This document shows, one piece after another, positions 18,063-28,270 of a DNA stretch of 64,000 nt (position 1 is its first letter; the number at the start of each line of letters is the position of its first letter). The translations under genes were made by a program, and so were the position numbers. The notes under the pieces were generated by a model. The model was not told where the DNA came from, searched no databases, and was given only the letters and a program-made list of their open reading frames with translations. This DNA comes from Ignavibacteria bacterium (GTDB taxonomy: Bacteria; Bacteroidota; Ignavibacteria; Kapaibacteriales; UBA4661): assembly GCA_013298775.1 (NCBI GenBank), contig JAAFIV010000008.1, forward strand, positions 31,028 to 95,027. The letters run 5' to 3'.

Positions 18063-20171
18063 CTACTCCTCAGAAACATCCACACGCACAAGGCGTTGAT
18101 AAAATTTTACCTCTGGTAGATGTTCACTCCGAGCCGTGCTGATTGTGCCATCCGAGAATTGCTTTTGCGCAACAAGACGCAATGCAGTACGCGGAAGAGC
18201 AAGCCGAGCGGCAAGAGCATCGCAAAATGCTGGGGACGGCTCTGCATCAGCAAATGTGAGCGTTGCAAAACGTTTGTTCGATGTGCCGAGTGTTTGTGAA
18301 TTCGTTGAGAAAACCGCCGGAGACGAATCGGGCGTAATTGTGGACGAATACAAGCGTTTGCGGCTCTGTACTGCTGCGTTTTCTGGAACGACCTCTATTT
18401 CCAATTGCGGCACATCGGCGTTGCGATTACTGAAGTCCGTCACATCAAGTTTGAGCGACATTGCGCTCCCCGTGTTTGGCACAGAACCCGCTTCATTGCT
18501 CATGTTCAAATAAACGCTGCTTGGATATTCACTTCTGCCACGAATACTATTCAATGTTTTGATTTCCTGCCCGTCGAACTGCGTGCATTCCAAAATCCAG
18601 TCTTTAATACCTACGCCAGCACGAATATCTAGGTCAATGCGTAGCGTTGATGGGCTTGCTGTTTTTACAACACCCCGAAACTCCAGAGGGCGCATGATTT
18701 CTGGATTTGCAGAGCTGATGCGCACGGCGCGGTATTCGCTCAGTAACGAATCAGGCGTGTTTTCTGGGGGCGAAACGCGTTCCACATTTTCCTGCATTCT
18801 GTCAGGCGAAATTCCCCACGTGGCGCGTAAATACTCACGTACAGAGCGAACGCGCTCACTGGCGAGATTCACATCATTGCGCTCGGCACCGACCAAGCAT
18901 GTATAGCCTGTAAGCCTCACAGATGCTTGTGTTTGCTCTTGTAAGCGTTTGCCAATGATGTTCAAGAGGTGGTAATACGAGCGCATGGGTTCTTGCTTGG
19001 CAAGAGTTTCTGTGCCAAAACGTTTGACGGCATCAAGCGTCAAACGCCGATACCGTGCGGGAATCACGCTCGACCGCTCCGTAAAAAAGACCATCGGTAA
19101 CCATTCCTGCGTCCGAACGGTTTGTATTTCCGCAACACGAATGACGGGATTTTCCAACTCTTTTCCTGTTTCATCAATGCCCACAATCCGCCGAATACTT
19201 GCTGCAATGCCGCTTTGCTTTAATTCACGCAAATCTTCTTGAATTCTCGCTCGCTCGGTGACAACATTGCGTTCCATATCCTGAATTTTCCGCAAGCGAT
19301 ATTCAATTTCCGTCAAAGCATTTTCCCGCTCAGGATAGTACCGAAGCGCAATTCCACCCCGAATGCTGTTCACTCGCCAAAACTCGCCTTGGGCATCCAT
19401 TCGTTGGAAAATGTTGAATACGCCAATATCCGCAAGGGCGCGAACTTCTATCGAAAATACACGATTTGTTCCAAATTCAAATTCCACACCAAGCCCGCCG
19501 ATTGCCGCCGCATTGAAATTTGCAATGCCCCAATTCCGTACTTCTGGCAGTTCATCGCGCTTCTCGCGGCGCACACGCAAGCCATTTTCAAAACCGCCAT
19601 CACTTTCGGGAAGCATTTCTTCTCGCACATAGTAATCTTTGCGAGAAATAATGTCGCCGCGCAAGCCCGCATAGAGGTTCACTCCTTGAAGTGGAGCGGG
19701 TAAAGGATTCGCACGAAAGAGGAGTTCTGTGCCAATGGTGTGCAAGTACGTGTCCATCATGCGGAGCGAAACAAGACGAGCTTCTGTGCCGTCTGCGCGA
19801 CCTACAAGCGTGCGCAAGGTATCGGAGCGCAGCATTGCTTGTGGCAGGGCAACTCGAAGACTCAATCCCGCACTCAGCCACGATGCAAGCGGAATTTCCG
19901 CACCAATACTTCCTGCAAACCCTGTTCCCATGCCGTATCGAAAGGTATAGGCTGTGTTGGGTTCTGCGTTGTCAATCGTTTCGCGCACCCCAAGCGGCAT
20001 ATTCAAAAACTGCACGGCATGGAATTGGCTCAAAAACTCAATACTCCCGCTCAAGCGCACCGTTCCTATGCTTGAAGGGGCAAGAGATACAGATTGTGCA
20101 GAAGCATTTTTCACGAGAAATATACTTTGAGCGGCAAAAGCAGTTAAAAAGATATAGGCTACAAGGCGCAT
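18063..20171 (-). CDS. Outer-membrane beta-barrel plus OmpA-like domain protein
   Basis: Signal peptide and barrel-type strands ending GGIALRY, a coiled coil, then PMVFFTERSS, RLTGYT and LASERVRSVREYL (OmpA-C-like). Paralog of 35675-37924. Confidence 0.7.
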   Translation of the reverse strand: MRLVAYIFLTAFAAQSIFLVKNASAQSVSLAPSSIGTVRLSGSIEFLSQFHAVQFLNMPLGVRETIDNAEPNTAYTFRYGMGTGFAGSIGAEIPLASWLSAGLSLRVALPQAMLRSDTLRTLVGRADGTEARLVSLRMMDTYLHTIGTELLFRANPLPAPLQGVNLYAGLRGDIISRKDYYVREEMLPESDGGFENGLRVRREKRDELPEVRNWGIANFNAAAIGGLGVEFEFGTNRVFSIEVRALADIGVFNIFQRMDAQGEFWRVNSIRGGIALRYYPERENALTEIEYRLRKIQDMERNVVTERARIQEDLRELKQSGIAASIRRIVGIDETGKELENPVIRVAEIQTVRTQEWLPMVFFTERSSVIPARYRRLTLDAVKRFGTETLAKQEPMRSYYHLLNIIGKRLQEQTQASVRLTGYTCLVGAERNDVNLASERVRSVREYLRATWGISPDRMQENVERVSPPENTPDSLLSEYRAVRISSANPEIMRPLEFRGVVKTASPSTLRIDLDIRAGVGIKDWILECTQFDGQEIKTLNSIRGRSEYPSSVYLNMSNEAGSVPNTGSAMSLKLDVTDFSNRNADVPQLEIEVVPENAAVQSRKRLYSSTITPDSSPAVFSTNSQTLGTSNKRFATLTFADAEPSPAFCDALAARLALPRTALRLVAQKQFSDGTISTARSEHLPEVKFYQRLVRVDVSEE

Positions 20172-20249
20172 ATAATCAAGGATTCCTGTGGTGAAAGGAA
20201 GTGGGGATGTGTATCGGTGGTGCGCTTTTGATGATGAACTTCTTGCTTC

Positions 20250-20274
20250 GGTAGCGCAAACACTCTTGTCTGCG
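20250..20274 (+). repeat. Single REP (GTAG-type)
   Basis: ggtagcgcaaacactcttgtctgcg. Confidence 0.7.
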
Positions 20275-20311
20275 ACTTTGCAAATATATCTGACGGACGG
20301 CCACCCTATTT

Positions 20312-21499
20312 TTATTTGGCTTTCATGGGCAATTCCACAATAAACGTCGCGCCCTTACCAAACTCGGATTCGCACCAAACGTTTCCGTTCATTGCTTCCA
20401 CAATTTTTTTCACGATAGACAGCCCCAAGCCTGTTGAATCCTCGTTTCCGGTTGGTTGTGCCGAGAGGCGGGCAAATTTCCCAAAGAGTTTTTGCATATC
20501 TTCTTCGGAAATACCTGGACCTTCATCGCGGATTTCAATGCGAACCGCATTATTACTTGCATTATCAACAATTGAAATAAAAATATTCTTCCCGTGTGGT
20601 GAATATTTGACAGCATTAGAAATGAGATTGTCAAAGACTTGAATTGTCCACGATTCATCAGCATAAATACGCGCTGTTGGTGAAGACGCGTAATGAAGCG
20701 TGATATTTTTCGCTGTTGCCCGCGAACGATATTCATTCACCACATGGTCAAGAATGGTTGAAAGCGGCAAAGGAACTGGCATAAACTGAATTGCGCCGCG
20801 TTCCAACGCATTCACGTCCAAAAGATTGCGGATAATATCAAACATTCGATTCGAGGTTTTGACAACGCTTTTGAGCATGGTTTTGCGCATACTTGCGTCC
20901 ATGTCATCGTCGTCGCTACACATCTCGGCATACTCGCGAATAACCTGCAAGGGATTCTTCAAATCATGCGCAACAATGCCTAATACCTCGTCTTTTTCAC
21001 TGCTGAGGTCGCGCACTTTTTGCAGGGATTCCGCCAATTCATTGTTTCTCGTGGTAAGGTCGTAATGCTCAAAACACAGGCGCATAGCCTCGACCAGCTC
21101 TTCTCGCTGCCAAGGTTTCGTCAGAAAGCGATAGACATTGCCAAGATTGATGCTGTCAATAATATCCTGCACGTCAGTATAGCCTGTTAGAATCACGCGC
21201 ACCGTCGCAGGAACAAATTCCATGCTCTTTGCGAGAAATTGTGCGCCCGACATCCCGCCCATGCGCTGGTCGGCGATAATCACTTCGGGGCGAAATCCTT
21301 GCTCCAAGAGGCGTAGTGCGGCTTCGCCCGAAGGTGCAGTTTGCAATTCATACTGTTCGGCGAAAATGTCGGACAGCACCGCAAGCAGAATTTCTTCATC
21401 ATCAACAATGAGCAAAGGACGCTTTGGTGCGGCTTCGGGGGGAATATTACTATTGAGGACAGAACTATCCGATGGGGTAAGATTAAGTTTCATAATCAT
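20312..21499 (-). CDS. Cytoplasmic hybrid REC-HisKA-HATPase kinase
   Basis: REC: LIVDDE, IIADQRM, LTGY, TKPW. H-box VAHDLKNPL, N-box NLISNAVKYS, RDEGPG, GLGL. Confidence 0.93.
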   Translation of the reverse strand: MIMKLNLTPSDSSVLNSNIPPEAAPKRPLLIVDDEEILLAVLSDIFAEQYELQTAPSGEAALRLLEQGFRPEVIIADQRMGGMSGAQFLAKSMEFVPATVRVILTGYTDVQDIIDSINLGNVYRFLTKPWQREELVEAMRLCFEHYDLTTRNNELAESLQKVRDLSSEKDEVLGIVAHDLKNPLQVIREYAEMCSDDDDMDASMRKTMLKSVVKTSNRMFDIIRNLLDVNALERGAIQFMPVPLPLSTILDHVVNEYRSRATAKNITLHYASSPTARIYADESWTIQVFDNLISNAVKYSPHGKNIFISIVDNASNNAVRIEIRDEGPGISEEDMQKLFGKFARLSAQPTGNEDSTGLGLSIVKKIVEAMNGNVWCESEFGKGATFIVELPMKAK

Positions 21500-22093
21500 T
21501 TGACGAAATGAAGTGTGAACGTCGTGCCGGAACCTAGTTCTGAAGCGACGTTCAGCGTTGCACCATGTTGTTCCAAAATATTTTTGCTGATACTCAAGCC
21601 TAGACCGCTATTTCCCGCGCCTTTGCTGCTGAAAAACGGCTCGAATATGCGTGATACTCTATCCGATGGAATACCACCGCCATTGTCACTGACACGAACC
21701 GTACAACCTGCATTCGTGCGCTCTGAGGCAATCGTGATACTCGTTGCTCCTGCTTGTGCGGCATTCACGAGCAAGTTAAGAAATACTTGGTTAATTTCCC
21801 CAAAATTTGCTTCGATTGTTGTATCGCCCGCGACATCCAGCACCACTGCAACGGCGTTGTCTTGTAGTCTGAACAATTTCCGCCGCCGAGACAATTGCCC
21901 TTGCTAGAGAACCTATTTTACGGTGTTCAGCAGAATTTTTTACCTGTGGAATCCTCTCCCATACCGACCACTCCTTAGAAACCTTGTATTGGTCAGTGCT
22001 TGGGAATACATGAAGTATCTCGCTCTCTTGCGCAACAGCACGAGCGCAGAAGAGCCAACCAAGCAAAATGAGTGAAAGGATGCGGTACTTCAT
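21496..22093 (-). pseudogene. Remnant of a 7TM-DISM sensor kinase with internal deletion and frameshifts
   Basis: A signal peptide (MKYRILSL...AVAQ from 22093) and DISMED2-like start (alternate frame reads EDSTGK) are joined out of frame to a HATPase (EANFGEINQVFLNLLVNAAQAG...GLGLSISK) near-identical to the upstream paralogs. There is no TM region or H-box. Confidence 0.7.
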
Positions 22094-22162
22094 GGAGTAA
22101 TAGAAATTACTTGAACTCAAGTCATACAGATTAGTTGTTTCTCGTCTTGAATAGTTTTAATA

Positions 22163-22238
22163 GTGGCACAGACATTCTTGTCTGTGAATGTTGGTGCGGG
22201 TTTCAGGCGACAAACACAGACAGGAATGTCTGTGCTGC
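22163..22238. repeat. REP doublet (GTGG-type REPIN)
   Basis: gtggcacagacattcttgtctgtg-spacer-cacagacaggaatgtctgtgctgc; the spacer resembles that of 34056-34131. Confidence 0.85.
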
Positions 22239-22250
22239 TGAAGGCTGATT

Positions 22251-25200
22251 CTACGTGCGAAACGTCAGCGTAAAGGTCGTGCCTGTACCCTGCTCCGAAT
22301 GCACCATCAGCGTTGCGCCGTGCTGTTCAATAATTTGCTTGCTAATGCTCAAGCCTAAACCGCTTCCTGAGCCGCCTTTGGTGCTGAAAAACGGCTCGAA
22401 TATGCGCGTTGTCAATTCTTGCGTCATACCGCTTCCGTTGTCGCTGACACGCACCTCTACGCGGCGTGATTCCTTGTGTTCCTCGGCTTCAATCGTAATC
22501 GCTTTCGCTCCAGCTTGTGCGGCATTGACAAAGAGATTTAAAAATACTTGATTGATTTCACCAAAATTGACATTCAGCACAATATCGCTTGCAAAGCTCA
22601 TGGAAACAGCAACGTCCTTGAATTGATAGCGAAACATCTCCACCGTCGAGCGCAATTCATCCTCCAAACGTCCTGATTTCGCGCCCAATTCCTGATGTTT
22701 CGTGAAACTCTTCAGCGATGCCACGATGTGCTTCACGCGCTGCGCACCGTCCAGCGCAATAGTATTCATGCGCTCTAGCTCGCCGAGCATTGTGAACAAT
22801 TTTTGCACTTCCGGCGATTGTTTACTTTCTTCATCCACCAGCGACGACAAGAGATTCTGCACGGTATGAGCTTTTATGCGCATCTGCTCCAATGCCGCAT
22901 GAACAGCCGCATTGGGGTTATTGATTTCGTGCATCACGCCTGCTGTGAGCATACCGACCGCCGCAACGCGCTCGCTTGCGACCAGCTGCGTTTGCATGGA
23001 CTGTAAGTCAGCAACCATGCGGTCGAGCTGGATGTTTGATTCGTTCAAATGCGCATTGGCAAGCTCGATTTCACGCGCTTGTTCGGCTTGGATGTCGAGT
23101 TGCCGTTGGATTTCTTCATTCGCCTCGCTGAGTTCGCTCGTGCGCTCCCGAACAAGTGTTTCCAATGCTTCTGCACGACGATTGAGATGGCGCGTTCTGG
23201 CGCGATACGCCCCAAACCCAGCTCCAATCACGCAGACACCGCCCAGTGCGGTAAACCACCACGTTTCCCAAAAGTACGCATCCACAGAAAATTCTGCCGC
23301 CGCACCCGCTTCATTCCACACGCCGTCGTTGTTTGCAGCAATCACGCGAAAACGATACGTGCGCCCGCGCGGAAGGTTTGTATAATACGCCACACGCCGC
23401 GAAGCCGCATCCACCCACGTTTTGTCGTAGCCTTCCAACATATACTTACACTGCACTTTTTCGGGATAGAGCAAACTCGTAGCGGTATAATGAAATTCAA
23501 ACTTTTCTGTTTGAGGCGGGAAATGCGTTGCTGCGCTAGTATTTGTACGATTTTGCAAAGAATCTCCCTGCCACAACGTTCCGTATTGCGCACGAATGCT
23601 CTCGGTTTGGATAGATTCAATCACCACAGGCGGAGGAACATGATTCATAAAAAGCTCTGAAGGCTGCACCATTGCTACGCCCTGCATGGTTGGGTAATAC
23701 AGTTTTCCATCAAACGACTTCAGAAAACCCGCGTTACATTCGGGATTTTTCATGCCATCGGCTTTGCCAAATGCTTGTGAGACGACAAACGACCGCTTAC
23801 CCTCTGCAAACGCCGTCAAATCTGCTTTCCGCACACGAAATACGCCACGATTACATGACATCCACATCCAGCCGTTGTCGTCTTCCAAGATTGACCACAC
23901 GTGATTGTCGAACAAACCATGGGACGTATTGACAATCGTCCATTTGCCGCGCGAGTAACGGTGCAGCCCGCCGCCGACCGTCCCGACCCACACAACACTG
24001 TCGCGGTCTTGCACAATCGCGCGAATGAACGTATTTGCCAAGCCGTTGGTGTCGTTAAACACTGTCACTGAGCCGTTGTCAAGGTTTATTCGCCCCAAAC
24101 CGCCACCCCACGTTCCGACCCAGAGCGCGTGAGCAAACTTGTCCGGTAGAAGCGAAAACACGTAGTTGAGCGGCAAGCCTTCTTTTGCGGTGATAGACCG
24201 CGTAATAATGCTCTTTTCTCCGCCATTCTCAAGGTAATTCACACCGCCCCACGTGCCAATCCAAAGACCGTTTGGTGTGCGAACATCAGGTTTTATCGCG
24301 GTTACGATGTTGTTCAGTAAACCCTTTTGTGTGGAAAGTGTTGTCCATTTTCCTTGCAACAAACGGCTCAAGCCGCCGCCCCACGTGCCTACCCAGAGCG
24401 CACCATTACTTGTTCCGTCGGAGGAATCCTGCCACAAACTATGAACATTGTTGCTTGGCAAACCGTTTTTCGTGGTGTAATTGGTAAAAGTTTTTCCATC
24501 GAAGCGGCTAAGACCGTTGTACGTTCCTATCCAGAGCGCGGAGTCTGCCGAAGTCCTATTCACGCGCTTTTCAGACTGTGCAAAACTCACGGCAAAGTCG
24601 CCAACCAAGCCATCAAGCGTGGTGTAGGTCGTAAACGAGCTTGTATGCAGCCGCGTAATGCCGCCGCCTTGTGTGCCAATCCAGAGCGCACCTTCGCGGT
24701 CGCCGACAATGCTGTACACGACATTGTGCGAAAGCCCTTCTTTGGCGGTATAGCTTGTAACGATGCCGTTTGCAAGCCTGCTCACGCCACCGCCCCAGGT
24801 ACCAAACCACATTGCGCCAGCTCCATCACGCCAAAGTGCAGAGATGATTGGATTCTGCAGACCTTCTTTGCTCGAAAACGACGTAATTACGCCATTCTCA
24901 AGCCTACTCACGCCACCGCCGTTGGTTGCCGCCCAAACGACATCGTGCGCGGGGTTGCTTGTGTCCACAAGGATGCGCCAGACATTATTGCTGGAAAGAC
25001 CGTCGTTGCTGGTGTACAGCTTGGTAGAAATTTTTGACGCAGCGTCTTGTTGCATTCGTAACAACCCTTTTCCATCCAAACCCACCCAGACCGCACCGTC
25101 GCGCCCAACCGCGATTCCGTGCGTAACATTGCTTGGAAAGCCGTTTGCTTCGGTGAAATTGGTGAACGTACCATTTTCAAAACAGCTTATTCCACCGTCG

Positions 25201-25958
25201 CGGGTTGTTACCCAAAGCTCACCGTTACGTGCTTCGGCGAGGCAAACTATGATATTGCTCGGCAAACCGTCTTTTGTTGTAAAGCACGTAAACACGCCCT
25301 TTTCGAGCCGAATCAATCCACCCAGCGTCCCAATCCACAGCGTTGAAGTGCCGTCTGAATGGCGTATTTCCAAGAGTTCATTGACCCAATTATTTTTGAA
25401 AGCGGGCGTTGTGGTTTTATTGAAGGTTGCGAACTTCACCCCGTCGAAGCGCGTCAATCCTTCTTCGGTGCCAATCCACATATAGCCGTCGCGCGTTTGA
25501 CAGAGTGCGGTGACCGAGTTTTGCGGCAGCCCGTCGTCTGTTTTCCAAATGCGCTGCGCATTGCGGGAAATAGGAACGCTTGAAAGCAAGTGTGGCTGCG
25601 GTGTTTGGTTAAAAATGGGAATGCTGACGGGCTGGTGTTGTGCATGAAGTGGTGCGCTGCTAAGGAGGCGAAGGAGGCAAGAGCAGACTATCACATTATT
25701 GAGGATGTAAAAAAAATACGTGAACAAACTTCTTCTGGCTTCGATAGCGCGGACACTCTTGTCTGCGCCACCACAAGCGTCCAATGGCGCAGACAAAAGT
25801 GTCTGCGCTACCAATGAAGATGCTGCTCCCGTACTGTGTGAGCATTCTTGAATGCCCAAAAACTGGCTTTGGTAGCGCAGATGTGAGGAGAATACCTCAC
25901 CTTGTCTGCACCACCATCGGCAGTATTGTAAAAAAACAGCGTAAGAATGAGTTCTCAT
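22251..25958 (-). CDS. Sensor histidine kinase with periplasmic Reg_prop beta-propellers and Y_Y_Y domain (start uncertain)
   Basis: Repeated DxxGxLWIGTxGGGL/GLxxN blades, Y_Y_Y (YTNLPRGRTYRFRVIAANNDGVW), TM helix, H-box MHEINNP, HATPase. Confidence 0.9.
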   Translation of the reverse strand: MRTHSYAVFLQYCRWWCRQGEVFSSHLRYQSQFLGIQECSHSTGAASSLVAQTLLSAPLDACGGADKSVRAIEARRSLFTYFFYILNNVIVCSCLLRLLSSAPLHAQHQPVSIPIFNQTPQPHLLSSVPISRNAQRIWKTDDGLPQNSVTALCQTRDGYMWIGTEEGLTRFDGVKFATFNKTTTPAFKNNWVNELLEIRHSDGTSTLWIGTLGGLIRLEKGVFTCFTTKDGLPSNIIVCLAEARNGELWVTTRDGGISCFENGTFTNFTEANGFPSNVTHGIAVGRDGAVWVGLDGKGLLRMQQDAASKISTKLYTSNDGLSSNNVWRILVDTSNPAHDVVWAATNGGGVSRLENGVITSFSSKEGLQNPIISALWRDGAGAMWFGTWGGGVSRLANGIVTSYTAKEGLSHNVVYSIVGDREGALWIGTQGGGITRLHTSSFTTYTTLDGLVGDFAVSFAQSEKRVNRTSADSALWIGTYNGLSRFDGKTFTNYTTKNGLPSNNVHSLWQDSSDGTSNGALWVGTWGGGLSRLLQGKWTTLSTQKGLLNNIVTAIKPDVRTPNGLWIGTWGGVNYLENGGEKSIITRSITAKEGLPLNYVFSLLPDKFAHALWVGTWGGGLGRINLDNGSVTVFNDTNGLANTFIRAIVQDRDSVVWVGTVGGGLHRYSRGKWTIVNTSHGLFDNHVWSILEDDNGWMWMSCNRGVFRVRKADLTAFAEGKRSFVVSQAFGKADGMKNPECNAGFLKSFDGKLYYPTMQGVAMVQPSELFMNHVPPPVVIESIQTESIRAQYGTLWQGDSLQNRTNTSAATHFPPQTEKFEFHYTATSLLYPEKVQCKYMLEGYDKTWVDAASRRVAYYTNLPRGRTYRFRVIAANNDGVWNEAGAAAEFSVDAYFWETWWFTALGGVCVIGAGFGAYRARTRHLNRRAEALETLVRERTSELSEANEEIQRQLDIQAEQAREIELANAHLNESNIQLDRMVADLQSMQTQLVASERVAAVGMLTAGVMHEINNPNAAVHAALEQMRIKAHTVQNLLSSLVDEESKQSPEVQKLFTMLGELERMNTIALDGAQRVKHIVASLKSFTKHQELGAKSGRLEDELRSTVEMFRYQFKDVAVSMSFASDIVLNVNFGEINQVFLNLFVNAAQAGAKAITIEAEEHKESRRVEVRVSDNGSGMTQELTTRIFEPFFSTKGGSGSGLGLSISKQIIEQHGATLMVHSEQGTGTTFTLTFRT
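25743..25915. repeat. REPIN (25743-25812) plus a variant REP with an inserted hairpin (25871-25915), inside the 5' part of the kinase ORF
   Basis: gatagcgcggacactcttgtctgcgcc...ggcgcagacaaaagtgtctgcgctacc; ggtagcgcagat-gtgaggagaatacctcac-cttgtctgcacc. Confidence 0.8.
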
Positions 25959-28210
25959 GCCTTGTTTGAGGTATTTCGCTGAAGATGTGTCAGCGACGTG
26001 TGGAAGGTGAGCCGAAATGTTGTTCCCTTACCAATTTCGGATTCTACGGTCATTGTGGCGTTGTGGCGTTCAATAATTTTCTTGCTGATGCTCAGTCCCA
26101 AGCCGCTATTTGCCGCGCCTTTGGTTGTGTAGAATGGTTCAAAGATATGTGCGACAACATCAGGTGGAATGCCGCCTGCATCGTCGCTCACGAGAACTTC
26201 TAGCATATTCCCGCGCTCCTCCGAATGCAGGATAATTTCCGTTGCTCCAGCTTGCGCAGCGTTCACAAGCAAGTTCAAAAAGACTTGATTGATTTCCCCA
26301 AAGTTCGCTTCAATGCTTGCATTGCCGATGTATTCCTGCTTGATGCTCACCGCTTTGAATTGATAGCGAAACATTTCAATTGTTGAAACGAGTTCATCCT
26401 TCAGGGACGCAGTTTTCATGCCCGCTTCTTGGTGTTTGGTGAAGGTGCGGAGCGAGGCAACGATTTGTTTGACGCGGTTCGAGCCTTCCATTGCGAGCGT
26501 GTTCATACGCTTGACTTCATCCACCATCGTGAGGAATTTCTTTGCGTCAGGTGACTCCTTATCTTCTTCGTTCAAAAGCCCAACAAAAAACGTGCGAATA
26601 TCTTGTTCCTTGAGTTGCATTTGCTCCAATGCCGCATATACAGCCGCATTGGGGTTGTTAATTTCGTGCATCACGCCAGCAGTCAGCATACCAACTGCGC
26701 TTAAACGCTCGCTTGCAACGAGTTGTGTTTGTGTTTCTTTGAGGTCGGTAAGTGCGGTATCGAGTTCCAGAATGACTTCGTTCAGGTGCGTGTTCGTGAG
26801 TTCAATTTCGCGTGATTGCTCTTCCAAAATCTGATTTTGACGGCTTATTTCCTCGTTTGCGCTCGCCAATTCTTTATTGCGAATGCGTTCTTGTTCGTTA
26901 ATTTTCTCCGCAAAGGCGCGTTGTTGCTGCTCTTCCACGATTTGCTCCCGCATTTGCGTCAGGCGAGAAGCAAGGGCAAAAGAAAACAGCATCGTTTCGG
27001 CAACCCCAACACCGCTTGTAATCAAGGCTTCGTGAACGGGACCTATCACGTACATTGCAAATTTTGTTACCACCGCAATCGTCATTGTAAGCGTGTACAG
27101 GCGCGTGGAAAGGTCGTGAGTGCGGAGAAGCTCGCGGATAAGAACGACGAGCAACAGAAGACCACTCACTATCAAAATTGGCACACGCCATACGGTATAA
27201 TGCGCTGTCCAGCCGAGCGGGATGAAGAAAATGACCATGAGCGTTAGAGCCATGCTTGCAAGCAAAAGTCTATCAAGAATTTTGGGTAATTCTTCTCGAA
27301 TCGACATAAAAACGCGTACAAACTGCATAAACACGATGTACGTCCCCAATTGAATAGCAGCGTTTGCAAGCGGTTTTGCGGGAAGTGTAATAAAACGTTC
27401 CGAGAGCAATGTAGCCGTTGAAAATGCGTACAAAAACAATGATAAAACATGGACAACATACCAGAAATACACGCGGTCGCGAACAATGACAAGGGGAATC
27501 ATATTGAAAGCGGCAGCAAAAAGAATCATTCCAAGCATCACCGATGCTGCGGTTTCCCACAACCGATTTGCTTCCAAAAATGATTCCGCAGGACTAATAC
27601 GCAAGGTTAAAGCAGCAGGAGTGTAGAGCGCAATCACACGGACGTAAAAGGTGTAGGATTCTTCATCGGCAAGGGCAAGCGGAAAGGCAGAATACTTGGA
27701 TTGCAAGGCGCGTTGGCGCAATTCGGTACATTCTCCCGTAACGGAAGTCATAAAATCATTCGCCGTCAAAGCCTGAATTGAAGCGGTGTTTGGCGTGTAC
27801 AATATTGCAGAATCAATACGCGCATTGCCCATAAGCAGCACCCAATCAAGCAATTTCGTGTTATGCACCGTAAAGCGCACCCACACCGCCTCCTTGCCAC
27901 GCACGCGTAGTCCAGAGGAAACTCGTTCGAGAACACTCCTATTCACCCCTTCAAGTGGCTTAAAACCTTGTTGTTCGGCTATATGGAGAATATCCGAAAA
28001 ACTCATTATTCCCGAAGCATCGCGGTAGAACGTACATTGAGGAGAAATGTTGTACTCACGCGCTGAATCCAACGTTATGACATTCGGCGGAAAAACCTGT
28101 GCTGATGCGGTCTGCGCACATATCTCGTATTGGCGAAGTACGAGCAGCACCGCGCAGAGAAACACGACGAAGCTAGGCGTGGAACGTAGTAATATCAAGC
28201 GTTGCAGCAT
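25955..28210 (-). CDS. 7TM-DISM sensor histidine kinase
   Basis: Signal peptide, DISMED2 (YRDASGIMSF, VWVRFTV), 7 TM helices, coiled coil, H-box MHEINNP, HATPase. Confidence 0.9.
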   Translation of the reverse strand: MLQRLILLRSTPSFVVFLCAVLLVLRQYEICAQTASAQVFPPNVITLDSAREYNISPQCTFYRDASGIMSFSDILHIAEQQGFKPLEGVNRSVLERVSSGLRVRGKEAVWVRFTVHNTKLLDWVLLMGNARIDSAILYTPNTASIQALTANDFMTSVTGECTELRQRALQSKYSAFPLALADEESYTFYVRVIALYTPAALTLRISPAESFLEANRLWETAASVMLGMILFAAAFNMIPLVIVRDRVYFWYVVHVLSLFLYAFSTATLLSERFITLPAKPLANAAIQLGTYIVFMQFVRVFMSIREELPKILDRLLLASMALTLMVIFFIPLGWTAHYTVWRVPILIVSGLLLLVVLIRELLRTHDLSTRLYTLTMTIAVVTKFAMYVIGPVHEALITSGVGVAETMLFSFALASRLTQMREQIVEEQQQRAFAEKINEQERIRNKELASANEEISRQNQILEEQSREIELTNTHLNEVILELDTALTDLKETQTQLVASERLSAVGMLTAGVMHEINNPNAAVYAALEQMQLKEQDIRTFFVGLLNEEDKESPDAKKFLTMVDEVKRMNTLAMEGSNRVKQIVASLRTFTKHQEAGMKTASLKDELVSTIEMFRYQFKAVSIKQEYIGNASIEANFGEINQVFLNLLVNAAQAGATEIILHSEERGNMLEVLVSDDAGGIPPDVVAHIFEPFYTTKGAANSGLGLSISKKIIERHNATMTVESEIGKGTTFRLTFHTSLTHLQRNTSNKA

Positions 28211-28270
28211 GATGGCAAAAATTTAGTTAAGGAATGACAAAAGAATAAATGTACGTTTTCTCTTTCATTG

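Noticed and set aside
23600-25560. Internal repeats in the large kinase as a repeat array or diversity-generating element
   Set aside because: They are ordinary Reg_prop beta-propeller blades with protein-level similarity only. No reverse transcriptase or template/variable repeat pair was seen.
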